Assembly (NCBI GenBank): GCA_963664225.1
Contig: OY760937.1
Location: forward strand, 1-64,000
Source: Verrucomicrobiia bacterium
GTDB lineage: Bacteria; Verrucomicrobiota; Verrucomicrobiia; Limisphaerales; UBA1319
Direction: 5' to 3'
DNA length: 64,000 nucleotides
Of the stretch, positions 41,930-51,697 are shown piece after piece. The translations under genes and the position numbers were made by a program. Each line of letters begins with the position of its first letter. Positions within the stretch are counted from its first letter, which is position 1. A model generated the notes under the pieces. It was given only the letters and a program-made list of their open reading frames with translations, ran no database searches and was not told the origin of the DNA.

Positions 41930-43348
41930 ATGAATTCAGACGCTGATTATAAGATAAAAGAAGTGCGGCATTTACTTGATAGTAAGCAATTTAAGGAAGC
42001 CGATGTATTTGTGCAGATGTTGGAGGATGGTTGGCTGTGTTATGTTCTAAAGGCAGACATCTGTATTGCCAAAATGAACGAGGCTAGCATTCCGCGCAAA
42101 AACATCCCGTCTTATAGCGAGAAGGCACGCACATTATGTATGCGTGCGTGGTTATCGTTGTATAATGATTCGGGTCAGGAAAGTGTGGATAAGTATCTTA
42201 GTAAAATAAAATCACAATTAAGAGACATCCTCAAAACGGAGCGCATTTGCTGCGCGCTTGGCGTGGAACGATTGAAAGAGGATGAAGTAATTCAAAAGTT
42301 TTATATAGATAGACCTGACATCCAGCGGTGTAGTCTAGGTGAGCAGTCGCTTAAAGCTCGCGATCGGCTTAAAGGTGGACTTTGGCCATTGCGGACAATT
42401 GATTCCAGTGAATATTTCCTCAAGTTTCTAAAAATATATTCATCCTATACTCCGCTAGTCTCAAGTGACAATGTGGCGCAGCATGGTGGAGGCTATTTTG
42501 CTTGCTTTGGAGGCTATGGCTGCGTTATTGACCCGGGACATCACTTCCTCGATAACTTCTTCCGCTACGGACATTCTATCCACGATATTGATTGCGTAGT
42601 AATTACTCACTTTCACGACGACCATTACGCGGATTTTCTCGCTTTACTGTCATTACTTCATCAGAGATCGAAGCTGGTAAAAACGAAAGACGGCAACAGA
42701 AAACAATCCTCCGATGAAGTTCACAAACCAGGAAGACGGCTTCGAAAGAAAGTTGATTTCTTTTTAGATGCAACGAGCTACGAAATGTTTGCATCATTGC
42801 TTTGTCCCAATAAAGGTGGAGTAAGAAAAGTTCGGTTTTGTCGACGCTTTGAAAAACTCAGTCCGGATGGTCCAATTATATCATTAGCTAAAGGGATAAC
42901 AATGAGACCAATATGTACTCAACATAATGTCTTAGGACGCAATTCTGGTGTGGGTCTTCTCTTTATGATACCGCGTCGTAAAACGAGTGTTCTGATCACC
43001 GGTGACACTGCATGGAAAGGTTGCATGCCTGAGGCTTATCGCGAATTGGCCTCTTCGATAGGCAATAAGAACTGTGTGGTAGTAGCTCATGTGAGCACTG
43101 CGTATGAGAAAGAGGTAATTGGCGGATTTTACAATAATCACTTGGCGATTCGGGGTCTTTGCCGGGTTATCGCGGCGATGAGACCAAAGCAGGTAATCCT
43201 GTCTGAAATTGGTGAGGAGTTGAGGGACAGCATCAGTGGCTTAAAAGACATTATTAAAACAGTTTATGGGTGCAAGTGTTATGTTGGATGGATTGAACAG
43301 GATTACAGTGAAACAAAGCGTGACAAACCGTTTACATACAATTTTTAA
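41930..43348 (+). CDS. metallo-beta-lactamase-fold hydrolase with a helical N-terminal region
   Basis: GGGYF, VIDPG, ITHFHDDHYAD, TQH, ITGDT, VVAH, NNHL. Confidence 0.85.
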   Translation: MNSDADYKIKEVRHLLDSKQFKEADVFVQMLEDGWLCYVLKADICIAKMNEASIPRKNIPSYSEKARTLCMRAWLSLYNDSGQESVDKYLSKIKSQLRDILKTERICCALGVERLKEDEVIQKFYIDRPDIQRCSLGEQSLKARDRLKGGLWPLRTIDSSEYFLKFLKIYSSYTPLVSSDNVAQHGGGYFACFGGYGCVIDPGHHFLDNFFRYGHSIHDIDCVVITHFHDDHYADFLALLSLLHQRSKLVKTKDGNRKQSSDEVHKPGRRLRKKVDFFLDATSYEMFASLLCPNKGGVRKVRFCRRFEKLSPDGPIISLAKGITMRPICTQHNVLGRNSGVGLLFMIPRRKTSVLITGDTAWKGCMPEAYRELASSIGNKNCVVVAHVSTAYEKEVIGGFYNNHLAIRGLCRVIAAMRPKQVILSEIGEELRDSISGLKDIIKTVYGCKCYVGWIEQDYSETKRDKPFTYNF

Positions 43349-43636
43349 TCGGGCCGCCTTTAATCTGGTTGATTCGGAGATAATTCTGGTTATTCGTAAC
43401 CACATAAAACCACTAGTGCTTTCCCAATGACAATGAAAAAAACCGCAGCCAGCACTTAGGAATTGACTGGCTATGAGTGCAAAATGACGTTTTCATTGGC
43501 ATTTGTTGTGTTCATGAAAAATCGTATTTGCCCATCGAATTGGTGGTGCGATTTTATTCGCAAAGGAAAGACTTGAAGGTGATAATCTGTGCCTTTCTGA
43601 CTCACATTTGCAATGGGAACATTTAAGCTGTAACAA

Positions 43637-43906
43637 TTAGATCGGTGCTTTTGCTTCCAAACAGCTCCATAAGCATTTTGAGTTATTTCTCGTTCGGTTG
43701 GGCAGTGCCTTTAACCCGTGATTTGACCAAACGCGCTGGTATGCCGATTTCATTGGCCAAGAAACAGAGCTGAAGGTCTGTTCGTTGGATTTGGAATTGA
43801 ATTCATTTGCTGAGTGAGCTTCCTTGCCGACGTAAACGTTTAAACCATTGCTTCCTTGAGTTTCTGAAGTGTATTTTCTCGAAATCGTGCGGGTTGCAAT
43901 GCTCAA
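43637..43906 (-). pseudogene. degenerate XRE-HTH remnant
   Basis: An alternative frame reads LANEIGIPARLVKSRVKGTAQPNEK-stop-LKML, HTH-like with an internal stop. Confidence 0.35.
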
Positions 43907-44445
43907 CAGTGATACTCTCCCCGATTATGGAGTCTGTGGTCAACGACTCCTAGTCGCTTGAGTTTAGCCAGGGAATTAGCAGTTGGCACACGCCGATTTG
44001 TCTCCCAGTTTTTGATTGTCTTTGCGACCACCCCGAATTCTTTGGCAAATTCCTTGCGCGTTTTTCTCAATTCGAGTCGCCTTTTTAGTAATGATTCCCC
44101 GAAAGTTATGGGGTCTTTCTTTGTTAAAAAGGCAACATCGATGGTTTCGTTGCCTAAGGGCCTTCCGAGCGCTGGATTGGTGAAAGGATCATAACCCAGA
44201 TAGGCTGTAATCTTAGGCTGTTCTGACCAACATGGATAGACCCGGTCGCATTCCCAAAGGCTCAGCGTTCGTGAGCTAATCCCCAATTTGCGAGCAGCTT
44301 GCGCTTGGCGAATTCCCGTTTGAAAACGTTTCTTTTTGAGATGTTCGCCGAGAGTTGAAGGCTCCTTTGGAATTGGAAGACTATGCGTCCAGACTGGCGC
44401 AACATTTTTGCGAGCAACGTTTACAACGAGGTCACAAGATGGCAA
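43903..44445 (-). CDS. tandem XRE-HTH protein at the island end
   Basis: TLGEHLKKKR..QAQAARKLGIS..TLSLWE and TFGESLLKRR..EFAKEFGV..TIKNWETNRRVP. Confidence 0.8.
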   Translation of the reverse strand: MPSCDLVVNVARKNVAPVWTHSLPIPKEPSTLGEHLKKKRFQTGIRQAQAARKLGISSRTLSLWECDRVYPCWSEQPKITAYLGYDPFTNPALGRPLGNETIDVAFLTKKDPITFGESLLKRRLELRKTRKEFAKEFGVVAKTIKNWETNRRVPTANSLAKLKRLGVVDHRLHNRGEYHC

Positions 44446-44454
44446 CGTCGCGCA

Positions 44455-44927
44455 GTCCGGATGGAAAAATGCCGTCCGAGTCGCGCAGCACGCCGCACGA
44501 AATCCAGCGTTACCTGGGACGCATTTCCGGGCCGCTGCTCGATCGCATTGACATTCATGTGGAAGTTCCCGCCGTGCCGTTTCGAGAGATGGCCAACGCG
44601 CGTCCGGGAGAAAGCTCGGCGCGCATCCGCGAGCGCGTGGTGGCGGCGCGGGAACGTCAGCAGAAACGTTTCGCCCACCGGAAGGGTGTGAGTTGCAATG
44701 CCCGCATGGGCACGCGCGATCTCAAGACGCATTGCGTTCTCGAGTCCCACACCCTCGAATTGCTCAAGTCGGCCATGACCGATCAGAACCTGAGCGCCCG
44801 CGCCTACGACCGTATTCTCAAAGTCTCGCGGACCATTGCCGATCTGGACGGGCGGGACGCCATTGGCGTGGAGCACGTCATGGAAGCGGTGCAGTTCCGT
44901 TCGCTGGACCGCCAGATTTGGACGTAA
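44455..44927 (+). pseudogene. comM: 3' fragment of ComM/YifB (Mg-chelatase-like AAA+ helicase)
   Basis: IQRYLGRISGPLLDRIDIHVEVP, ESSARIRERV..AR..Q, LSARAYDRILKVSRTIADL; no Walker A or N-terminal part upstream. Confidence 0.9.
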
Positions 44928-44990
44928 GGCGTCCTTAGGTTCCGGATTTATTTCCGCCTTTGCTCGGAATGTGCCGGTGGAAGTGTCTTA

Positions 44991-45155
44991 AACCCGAAAT
45001 CCGAAATAGGAACGGCCCATCTGACGCAATCATTTGGCCATCCATGGTTTGAAACCGGCTGTGGAGTATTGATTTAATACACCTTCGCCGATTGCAAATC
45101 ATGGCTGTCTCAAAGCATTGCATCGTCTTGACCATTCTTATTTCGGATTTCGGGT
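44991..45155. repeat. small inverted-repeat-bounded element (MITE-like)
   Basis: Perfect 17-bp IR ACCCGAAATCCGAAATA (44992-45008) / TATTTCGGATTTCGGGT (45139-45155), extending imperfectly inward. Confidence 0.7.
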
Positions 45156-47130
45156 GTGCGCCAGTGAAATTGGTAGCCTCGTGGGTGAAAGTCCCGCCGG
45201 TCGAATTAGACGGTTCACGACCGAAATGCAGCGTCCGGGACGAGGCCGTGAGGCCGAACCACAAGCGGGACGCTGAAAGAACTGTCGGGTCGTAACGAAA
45301 GTAAACCTCATCAAATGAGCTCCGAAACCGAAATAACCGGTAAGCCGAGCCGCTACCCGAACGGCGAAGGCAGAAACGCGGCGTCATCAAATCGTCAAAT
45401 GGGCGCTGTTGATTCCGGCGGAGTCAGCGAGGGCGACACGACAGGAAGGGAAACCAAGGTAAGCTGGGAGATCTCTGGAGGCGGGGCGATAAAGCCTCAA
45501 CCGCCGGTGCAAGGAGGAACACCCTCCGAGGCCGCACGGGCAGCCAGAGAAGTCGGAGTCTTCCATAGTAGCGAAGAAGCTGGGGCGACCAAAACCCCGG
45601 CGGAGCCAAGGGAAGGCACTTGGATCGAAGCGAATCAAAACAGCGAGGGACAGGGAGATGGCCTTGAGGGAGTGGAAACACTTTTTCAACGGATAACAAC
45701 CCCGATAAAAGTTCAAAAGCTGCAGCGAGCGCTATATTGCAAAGCCAAGGCTGAGCCGAAGTATCGGTTTTACAGCCTCTACGGAGAACTGCTGCGGAAG
45801 GACGTGCTGGAAACGGCAATGGCCTCCGTGGCGCACAACAATGGCGCGGCTGGGATCGACGGGCAGACATGCGACGTCTATCTTGCCAGCGACGAAGCCT
45901 GGGACCAATGGCGGAACCAACTGCTGGAGGAGTTACGCACGAAGAAGTATCGGCCAAGCCCGGTGAAGCGTGTGTATATACCAAAAGGAGACGGGAAGCT
46001 GCGACCCCTGGGCATCCCGACAGTGAAAGACCGGGTGGTGCAGACAGCGGTGGTGATTGTATTGCTGCCGATTCTGGAAGCCGATAGTCATCCGAACAGT
46101 TACGCCTATCATCCCAAACGCAATGCCCACCAAGCAATGGAGGCGATCAAGAAGGCTACGCTGACAGGACGCGTCGAAGTTATAGACGCGGACTTAAGCG
46201 GGTATTTTGACAGCATTCCCCACAGGCGTTTGTTGCGCATAGTGGCCAAGCGGGTCAGCGATGGAACAATTCTCAAGCTGATCGCAGGATGGCTGCGCGC
46301 GCCCGTGAATGAACCGCAAAGCGACACAGGGAAAGGCGGGACAAAGGGGGGGCAAGGTCAGAATCGACGGGGGACTCCGCAAGGCGGGGTTGTATCGCCG
46401 ATTTTAGCCAATGCATACCTCAACCAGTTGGATTGGGAAGTCAACGAACGCTGCGAACTCAAACCCGTGATGGTGAGATACGCGGATGATTTCGTGATAC
46501 TCGGACAGCCGGGGCAGGGACGGGAACTGATGGAACGACTGGAACGATGGCTGAAGCAACGCGAGTTAGTGCTCAACGAGAAGAAGACCCGCTTGGTGGA
46601 CCTCCGCCAGGATGGCATCAAATTCTTGGGATTCGCGCTAACAATGCGACAGGGGAAGGGGAAATGGAAATATCCGCATGTGGAACCCCATCCCAAGAGC
46701 CAGAAGAAGTTTCGAGACGGGATTCGGGAGAAACTCAACCGAAGCACGCTATGGCGTGATATCGGAGAGGTGATTCCCGAGCTCAACAAGAAACTCAAAG
46801 GTTGGAAGGGTTACTTTCACTACGGGAACAGCACCAAGGTGATGGGCCAGATGAACGAATACGTCAGCAGCAAGTTACAACGATGGTTGTGGCGCAAACA
46901 CGGATGTAGTCGGGCGCAATGGTCCACATACCCCAAGGAGGATCTCTATGAGCGTTATGGTTTATACCAAATGCCGGAATATGCGGCATGGAAACGATGA
47001 CGTCGAAGCGATGCAACGTATGATCCCCGGAGAGCCGGATGCGGGAAAACCGCCTGTCCGGTTCGATGAGGGGCGAAATGCGACGGTCATTGGCCACGGC
47101 CATTCAATCCGTCCATTTCGCCTACTCTAC
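45156..47130 (+). mobile_element. group II intron
   Basis: 5' GTGCG; domain V GAGCCGGATGCGGGAAAACCGCCTGTCCGGTTC at ~47032; domain VI ending CCTACTCTAC; internal RT ORF. Confidence 0.9.
45315..47000 (+). CDS. ltrA: group II intron reverse transcriptase/maturase without HNH domain (true start probably near 45670)
   Basis: RPLGIPTVKDRVVQ, DADLSGYFDSIPH, GTPQGGVVSPILAN, RYADDF, FLGF, GWKGYF. Confidence 0.95.
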   Translation: MSSETEITGKPSRYPNGEGRNAASSNRQMGAVDSGGVSEGDTTGRETKVSWEISGGGAIKPQPPVQGGTPSEAARAAREVGVFHSSEEAGATKTPAEPREGTWIEANQNSEGQGDGLEGVETLFQRITTPIKVQKLQRALYCKAKAEPKYRFYSLYGELLRKDVLETAMASVAHNNGAAGIDGQTCDVYLASDEAWDQWRNQLLEELRTKKYRPSPVKRVYIPKGDGKLRPLGIPTVKDRVVQTAVVIVLLPILEADSHPNSYAYHPKRNAHQAMEAIKKATLTGRVEVIDADLSGYFDSIPHRRLLRIVAKRVSDGTILKLIAGWLRAPVNEPQSDTGKGGTKGGQGQNRRGTPQGGVVSPILANAYLNQLDWEVNERCELKPVMVRYADDFVILGQPGQGRELMERLERWLKQRELVLNEKKTRLVDLRQDGIKFLGFALTMRQGKGKWKYPHVEPHPKSQKKFRDGIREKLNRSTLWRDIGEVIPELNKKLKGWKGYFHYGNSTKVMGQMNEYVSSKLQRWLWRKHGCSRAQWSTYPKEDLYERYGLYQMPEYAAWKR

Positions 47131-47290
47131 TAAAAAAAAGAGTGGAAGTAACGGCTTCATAATACCTTCAGCACGACTCGTTCTGTCACCGCAAAGATCC
47201 GTGCATCTGTCATTTGACGAGTCGGCATGCGCCGCGTATATAATTAGAGAAAGGTAAAGTAGGTATAACCACAGCTAAACAAGGAAAACT

Positions 47291-47881
47291 ATGAAGACGC
47301 AAGTTTTATTCACGGCGTTGATGGCCTGTGGCGTGGCCGCGCAGGCCATTCCCATCACATACAAGGCCGTTCTGAATGGCGCAACCGAATCCCCTCCAAC
47401 AGCCTCCCTGGGCACAGGTTTTGCAACGGTGATCTTCGATGACGTTGCCAATACCATGAGGGTGGAGGTCAGCTTTTCAGGGTTGACGGGAACCACCACT
47501 GCCTCGCACATCCACGCCGCGACTGCAATTCCGGGGACCGGTAACGCCGGGGTGGCCACAACGGTACCGACCTTCACCGGCTTTCCACTTGGGGTCACGA
47601 GCGGCACTTATGACAACACGTTCGATTTGACCCTGTCGTCCAGCTATAATCCGGCTTACGTCACGGCCAACGGGGGGACGATTGCGAGTGCGGAAGCGGC
47701 GCTTGGGGCGGCGCTTGCGGCAGGGAAATCGTATTTGAACATTCACACGACCACAAACCCATCGGGAGAAATCCGCGGATTCCTCGCGGTGCCAGAAACC
47801 GGATCGACGCTCGGGCTCCTCGCCTTGAGCTTCTCCGGGTTGTGTTTCTTATCACGGTCCCGGGTTGCACACACAACCTGA
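47291..47881 (+). CDS. CHRD-domain protein with PEP-CTERM-type sorting signal
   Basis: LNGATESPP, ASHIH, YLNIHT...PSGEIRGFL, then VPETGSTLGLL + TM + basic tail. Confidence 0.9.
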   Translation: MKTQVLFTALMACGVAAQAIPITYKAVLNGATESPPTASLGTGFATVIFDDVANTMRVEVSFSGLTGTTTASHIHAATAIPGTGNAGVATTVPTFTGFPLGVTSGTYDNTFDLTLSSSYNPAYVTANGGTIASAEAALGAALAAGKSYLNIHTTTNPSGEIRGFLAVPETGSTLGLLALSFSGLCFLSRSRVAHTT

Positions 47882-47917
47882 ACACTCCAGGTGCGCGCGC
47901 GCCAGCGGAGACAGGCT

Positions 47918-48889
47918 CTAAGCCGCTGGCGTGTTTTTGGCCTCCAGTTCCTGGAGCCACTTTACAAACCGGGGAATGCCCGCTTCGATTTTCACCGAGG
48001 GATTGTAACCCAGCAGAATGCGGGCTTTGTCCACATTCGCGAAAGTCACGGGCACGTCTCCCGGCTGAAGAGGCAGGTGATTGAGAACCGCTTTCCGGCC
48101 CAGGGCCTGTTCCAAAAGATTGACCAGGCGGCTCAGGGAAACCGTCTGGGATTCGCCGAGGTTGAACACCTGGTAGCCGAGTTCCTTTTGGGTGCAGGCC
48201 AGGATGCCATCGACGATGTCGTCGATAAAGGTGTAATCGCGCCGGGTGGAGCCATCGCCGTAAAAGGGAATGGGCTGGCCCGCCATGATCAGACGCGCGA
48301 ATTTGTGAATGGCCAGATCCGGGCGCTGGCGGGGTCCATAGACGGTGAAAAAGCGGAGCATCGCCACGTCCATTCCGTAAATGTGATGATAGACATGGCC
48401 GAGGGCTTCGCAGGCCAGTTTACTGGCGGCATAGGGCGAGATGGCCTGAAAAATGGGATCGCTCTCCGTGAACGGGACTTTGGAATTCACACCATAAACC
48501 GACGAGGAAGAGGCGATGGTGATTTTTTTAACGCCCGAGAGGCGGGCCGCTTCGAGGATGTTCACCGTGCCTTCCACGTTGACCCGCTGGTAAAGGGCGG
48601 GTTCCTCCAGGCTGGGCCGCACGCCCGCGCGGGCCGCCAGGTGAATGACCTGGTCGAATTGGACGGATGCGAAACAGGCGTCCACCACGGCGCGATCCGT
48701 CAAATCGCCGCGCATAAACTCGAATGCGCCCCTCGCGGAACGCACCTCGGCGAGGTTGCGTTCCTTGATGAGCGGATCGTAGAAAGCGTTCAGATCGTCC
48801 AGGGCGCAAACGCGATGGCCGCATTGCAGCAATCGTTCGCACACATGGGAGCCGATGAAACCCGCGCCGCCTGTTACAAGGAAGTTCAT
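47918..48889 (-). CDS. NAD-dependent epimerase (UDP-glucuronate 4-epimerase-like)
   Basis: TGGAGFIGS, HLAARAGVRPS, SSSSVYG, YAASK, RFFTVYGPRQRPD. Confidence 0.9.
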   Translation of the reverse strand: MNFLVTGGAGFIGSHVCERLLQCGHRVCALDDLNAFYDPLIKERNLAEVRSARGAFEFMRGDLTDRAVVDACFASVQFDQVIHLAARAGVRPSLEEPALYQRVNVEGTVNILEAARLSGVKKITIASSSSVYGVNSKVPFTESDPIFQAISPYAASKLACEALGHVYHHIYGMDVAMLRFFTVYGPRQRPDLAIHKFARLIMAGQPIPFYGDGSTRRDYTFIDDIVDGILACTQKELGYQVFNLGESQTVSLSRLVNLLEQALGRKAVLNHLPLQPGDVPVTFANVDKARILLGYNPSVKIEAGIPRFVKWLQELEAKNTPAA

Positions 48890-48905
48890 GTCCCGGCATT
48901 GTTTT

Positions 48906-50696
48906 TTACCTGCGATCCGATGTCAACGAAAAGGGGACTTCGTGAATTTCCCGCGCGAACACCTCCTGATAAAATCCGCCCTTCCGGAGCAACGCCTCAT
49001 GGGTTCCCTGTTCGGCGATGCGGCCTTCCTTGAGCACAATGATCGAGTCCGCGTGTTGCACCGTGCTGAGGCGATGGGCAATGACAAAAGTGGTCCGCTG
49101 GGCGCACAAGATGCGCAGGGCCTCTTCGATTTGACGCTCTGTCTGGGAGTCCACACTGGCCATTGCGTCGTCCAGAATCAGGATGCGCGGATTCATCAGG
49201 AACGCCCGCGCGATGGCGATGCGTTGTCTCTGGCCGCCGCTCAGGGAAATGCCGCGTTCGCCGATCATGGTGTCGTAGCCCTTACCCAGCCCGGTGATGA
49301 ACTCCTCGGCCTGGGCCAGTTGGGCGCACTTTTCTATTTCGCCACGGCTGGCGCCGGGATTGCCATAGGCGATGTTTTCCGCGACCGATGCGCTGAATAG
49401 AAACGTTTCCTGGAAAATCACACCCACCGCGCGCCGCAGTTCCTCCAGCCGCAATTCCCGGATGTCCACGCCCTCCACGAGAATGCGTCCGGCAGAGACT
49501 TCGTAAAAGCGCGGGATCAAATGGACCAGCGTGGATTTGCCCGAGCCGGTCGGACCCACCACGGCAATGACCTGGCCCGGTTCCGCCCGGAAGCTTACCT
49601 CCGTGAGGGAGGGTTTATCGGGCCGGTATTCGAAAGAGACCTTGTCAAACACCACAGCGCCCCGGCCCGCGGGCAGGGAGCGTTTGCCGGATTGGATGGA
49701 GGCCGGCTCGCGCAGAATCTCAAGAATCCGTTCCGCGCTGGCGCTGGCGTTTTGAAGAATATTGGTGAACTGGCCGACCATGCCCAGGCGGTGTCCGATG
49801 GCCATCAGGTAGAAAATCACCTTGGCCAGGTCGCCGATTGGCATGCGACCGTCGATCACAAGGCGTCCACCCACCCACAGCACCAACGGCGTGCTCAGAC
49901 CGAACACGAATTGGGCCAGAGGAACGCGCGCGGCCCAGTAATTCACCGTTTTGAGCAGGTGATCGAGAAAGATTTTCTTCTTTTCGCGAAATTTGCCGAT
50001 TTCGGAGTTTTCACGCGCGAACGCCTTCACCACGCGGACCCCGGCGATGTTCTCCTGAATGACGGTTGTCATCGCGCCATGCAGGTCATGGACATGCCGC
50101 CACTGGGGCTGGAGTTTGCCCGCAAATATGCCGATCAAAACCAGCGTGGGCAGGATGCACGCCAGAGTCAGGCCGCCCAACAGCGGATGGATGGAAAAAA
50201 TGAGGACGATCGTGAGTAATAGAGTCACGCTGATGTCCACAGTCAGCAGGAGGCAGGCAAAAAGAAAATCCTGAAGCCGGTAAACGTCGGAAGTGGCCCG
50301 TGTGATCAATTCCCCGCTGCGTGTCTGGTCGTGGTAGAGAAAAGAGAGCCGCTGCAGCGCGTCGTAAATGGCCGCGCGAATGTCGCCAAGGGTTCTTTGA
50401 ACGAGCCGATTTCGCATCGGCCCCAGAACGAATCCCACGGCCGCGCGCAAGGTTACCAGGCCCAGAAAAAGCCATAACGCGTGGGAAAGGTTGAAACCGG
50501 GAACGCCCGGGATCGATTTCCTCAAACCAGTGATGGCGTTGCCCAGAATCTGGGGCAGCGTCATTTCGATGGCGATATTGACCAGCAGCAAGCCCAGGCA
50601 GCCGGCCACCTGGAATGGATAGCGCCTCAAAAATACAAGGATGCCGAGCAAATTGCCCGGCTTGACCCGTGATTTTGGCTTGGATTGTTCGGCCAT
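48906..50696 (-). CDS. ABC transporter, fused permease/ATPase (MdlA/MsbA-like)
   Basis: TM domain; GPTGSGKS, LSGGQRQR, ILDD, IAHRLST. Confidence 0.92.
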   Translation of the reverse strand: MAEQSKPKSRVKPGNLLGILVFLRRYPFQVAGCLGLLLVNIAIEMTLPQILGNAITGLRKSIPGVPGFNLSHALWLFLGLVTLRAAVGFVLGPMRNRLVQRTLGDIRAAIYDALQRLSFLYHDQTRSGELITRATSDVYRLQDFLFACLLLTVDISVTLLLTIVLIFSIHPLLGGLTLACILPTLVLIGIFAGKLQPQWRHVHDLHGAMTTVIQENIAGVRVVKAFARENSEIGKFREKKKIFLDHLLKTVNYWAARVPLAQFVFGLSTPLVLWVGGRLVIDGRMPIGDLAKVIFYLMAIGHRLGMVGQFTNILQNASASAERILEILREPASIQSGKRSLPAGRGAVVFDKVSFEYRPDKPSLTEVSFRAEPGQVIAVVGPTGSGKSTLVHLIPRFYEVSAGRILVEGVDIRELRLEELRRAVGVIFQETFLFSASVAENIAYGNPGASRGEIEKCAQLAQAEEFITGLGKGYDTMIGERGISLSGGQRQRIAIARAFLMNPRILILDDAMASVDSQTERQIEEALRILCAQRTTFVIAHRLSTVQHADSIIVLKEGRIAEQGTHEALLRKGGFYQEVFAREIHEVPFSLTSDRR

Positions 50697-50839
50697 GATG
50701 CGGTTTGCGGGATGGATTGAAGCCCGTGCAACCGTATGTTGCCGGTCTTTCAAGCCCCCATTGTGTAACACTCAGGCAAGCTTACGCAAATCCCGGCCAC
50801 CATGCAAAGTGGAAGAGGCCTATGAAAAACACCGCTGGT

Positions 50840-51526
50840 TTACGCGCTTTTCGCTGCGGCGATGAAGGCGCGGACTTTGGTGGGATCTTTTTTGCCAGGA
50901 GCGGCTTCCACGCCGCTGGAGACATCGACGGCATGTGGACGGACGCGCTGGACGGCTTGGGCGACATTTTCGGGCGTCAGACCGCCGGCCAGGACAATCG
51001 GGCGCTGGAATTCCCTGGCTGCAATCGCCAGGTCCCAATTGAATGCCGCGCCGGTGCCGCCGCGATTTCCCGCCACATAGGCATCCAACAGCCATGCGTC
51101 GGTGCCGTAGGGCGCCAGATTCGCCACACTGTCTTTGTCCCGAATGCGCATGGCCTTAATGCCATGCACGCGGAGTCGTCCGGCAGCGTCGTGGGGAGGC
51201 ACCAATGGAGTGTGTTCGGCAGACGTAATTGAATGCAGGGACAGGGCTTGAATCCACTCCGGCGACTCTTCGCCGTGGAACTGGATCGTGTTAAAACCAG
51301 CCATGCGAATGGCTTCCATGACAAATTCCGGCGTGGGATTCACCAGAACCGCCACTTTCGCCAGAAGAGGCGGAAGCAAGGCGATGATTTCCCGCGCCTT
51401 CGCAAGGGTGACGTGGCGCGGACTGGCCGGGCAAAAGACAAAACCGAGCGCGTCAGCCCCTGCGGCGACCGCGTCCAAGGCGTCTTCAATGTTTGTGATT
51501 CCGCAGATTTTGACGTTGCAGGGCAT
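50840..51526 (-). CDS. trpF: phosphoribosylanthranilate isomerase
   Basis: VKICGIT, GADALGFVF..SPR, QFHGEE, GGTG..FNW, LAGGLTPENV, DVSSGVE. Confidence 0.95.
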   Translation of the reverse strand: MPCNVKICGITNIEDALDAVAAGADALGFVFCPASPRHVTLAKAREIIALLPPLLAKVAVLVNPTPEFVMEAIRMAGFNTIQFHGEESPEWIQALSLHSITSAEHTPLVPPHDAAGRLRVHGIKAMRIRDKDSVANLAPYGTDAWLLDAYVAGNRGGTGAAFNWDLAIAAREFQRPIVLAGGLTPENVAQAVQRVRPHAVDVSSGVEAAPGKKDPTKVRAFIAAAKSA

Positions 51527-51545
51527 GATGGGAAAAATTGAAGAT

Positions 51546-51623
51546 TGGTCGGGGCGGTGAGATTTGAACTCACGACCTCGTGGACCCGAACCACGCGCGC
51601 TAGCCAGGCTACGCTACGCCCCG
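51546..51623 (-). tRNA. tRNA-Pro (CGG)
   Basis: CGGGGCGTAGCGTAGCCTGG...CGTGG-TTCGGGT-CCACG...GTTCAAATC...CGCCCCGACCA. Confidence 0.95.
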
Positions 51624-51697
51624 AACCAAATTCGGTCCACAATCTGCCCGTCCGCGTCGCTGATTGCAATCATGAATTTTTGAGGCGGCGAAATTCA

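Larger units (their letters stand above)
1..44455. mobile_element. Composite genomic island, right end at disrupted comM/yifB; left end not visible, probably outside the window
   Basis: Only the 3' half of comM is present, starting at ~44455. DNA to the left is mostly more AT-rich and holds recombinases, IS66, CRISPR-Cas and defence-like genes. DNA to the right is GC-rich housekeeping sequence. Including 1-10.7 kb in the island is inference. Confidence 0.6.

Noticed and set aside
45315..47000. RT as a retron, DGR or CRISPR-associated RT
   Set aside because: Group II intron ends and domains V/VI flank it; no TR/VR pair was seen; it lies ~8.7 kb from the array and outside the island boundary
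47891..49033. 380-aa plus-strand ORF (similarly 57523-58737 on the minus strand)
   Set aside because: Antisense to well-supported genes in GC-rich DNA
51546..51623. tRNA-Pro as the island integration site
   Set aside because: Flanked by housekeeping genes; its 3' end (CGCCCCGACCA) does not match the repeat tails and no duplicate was seen
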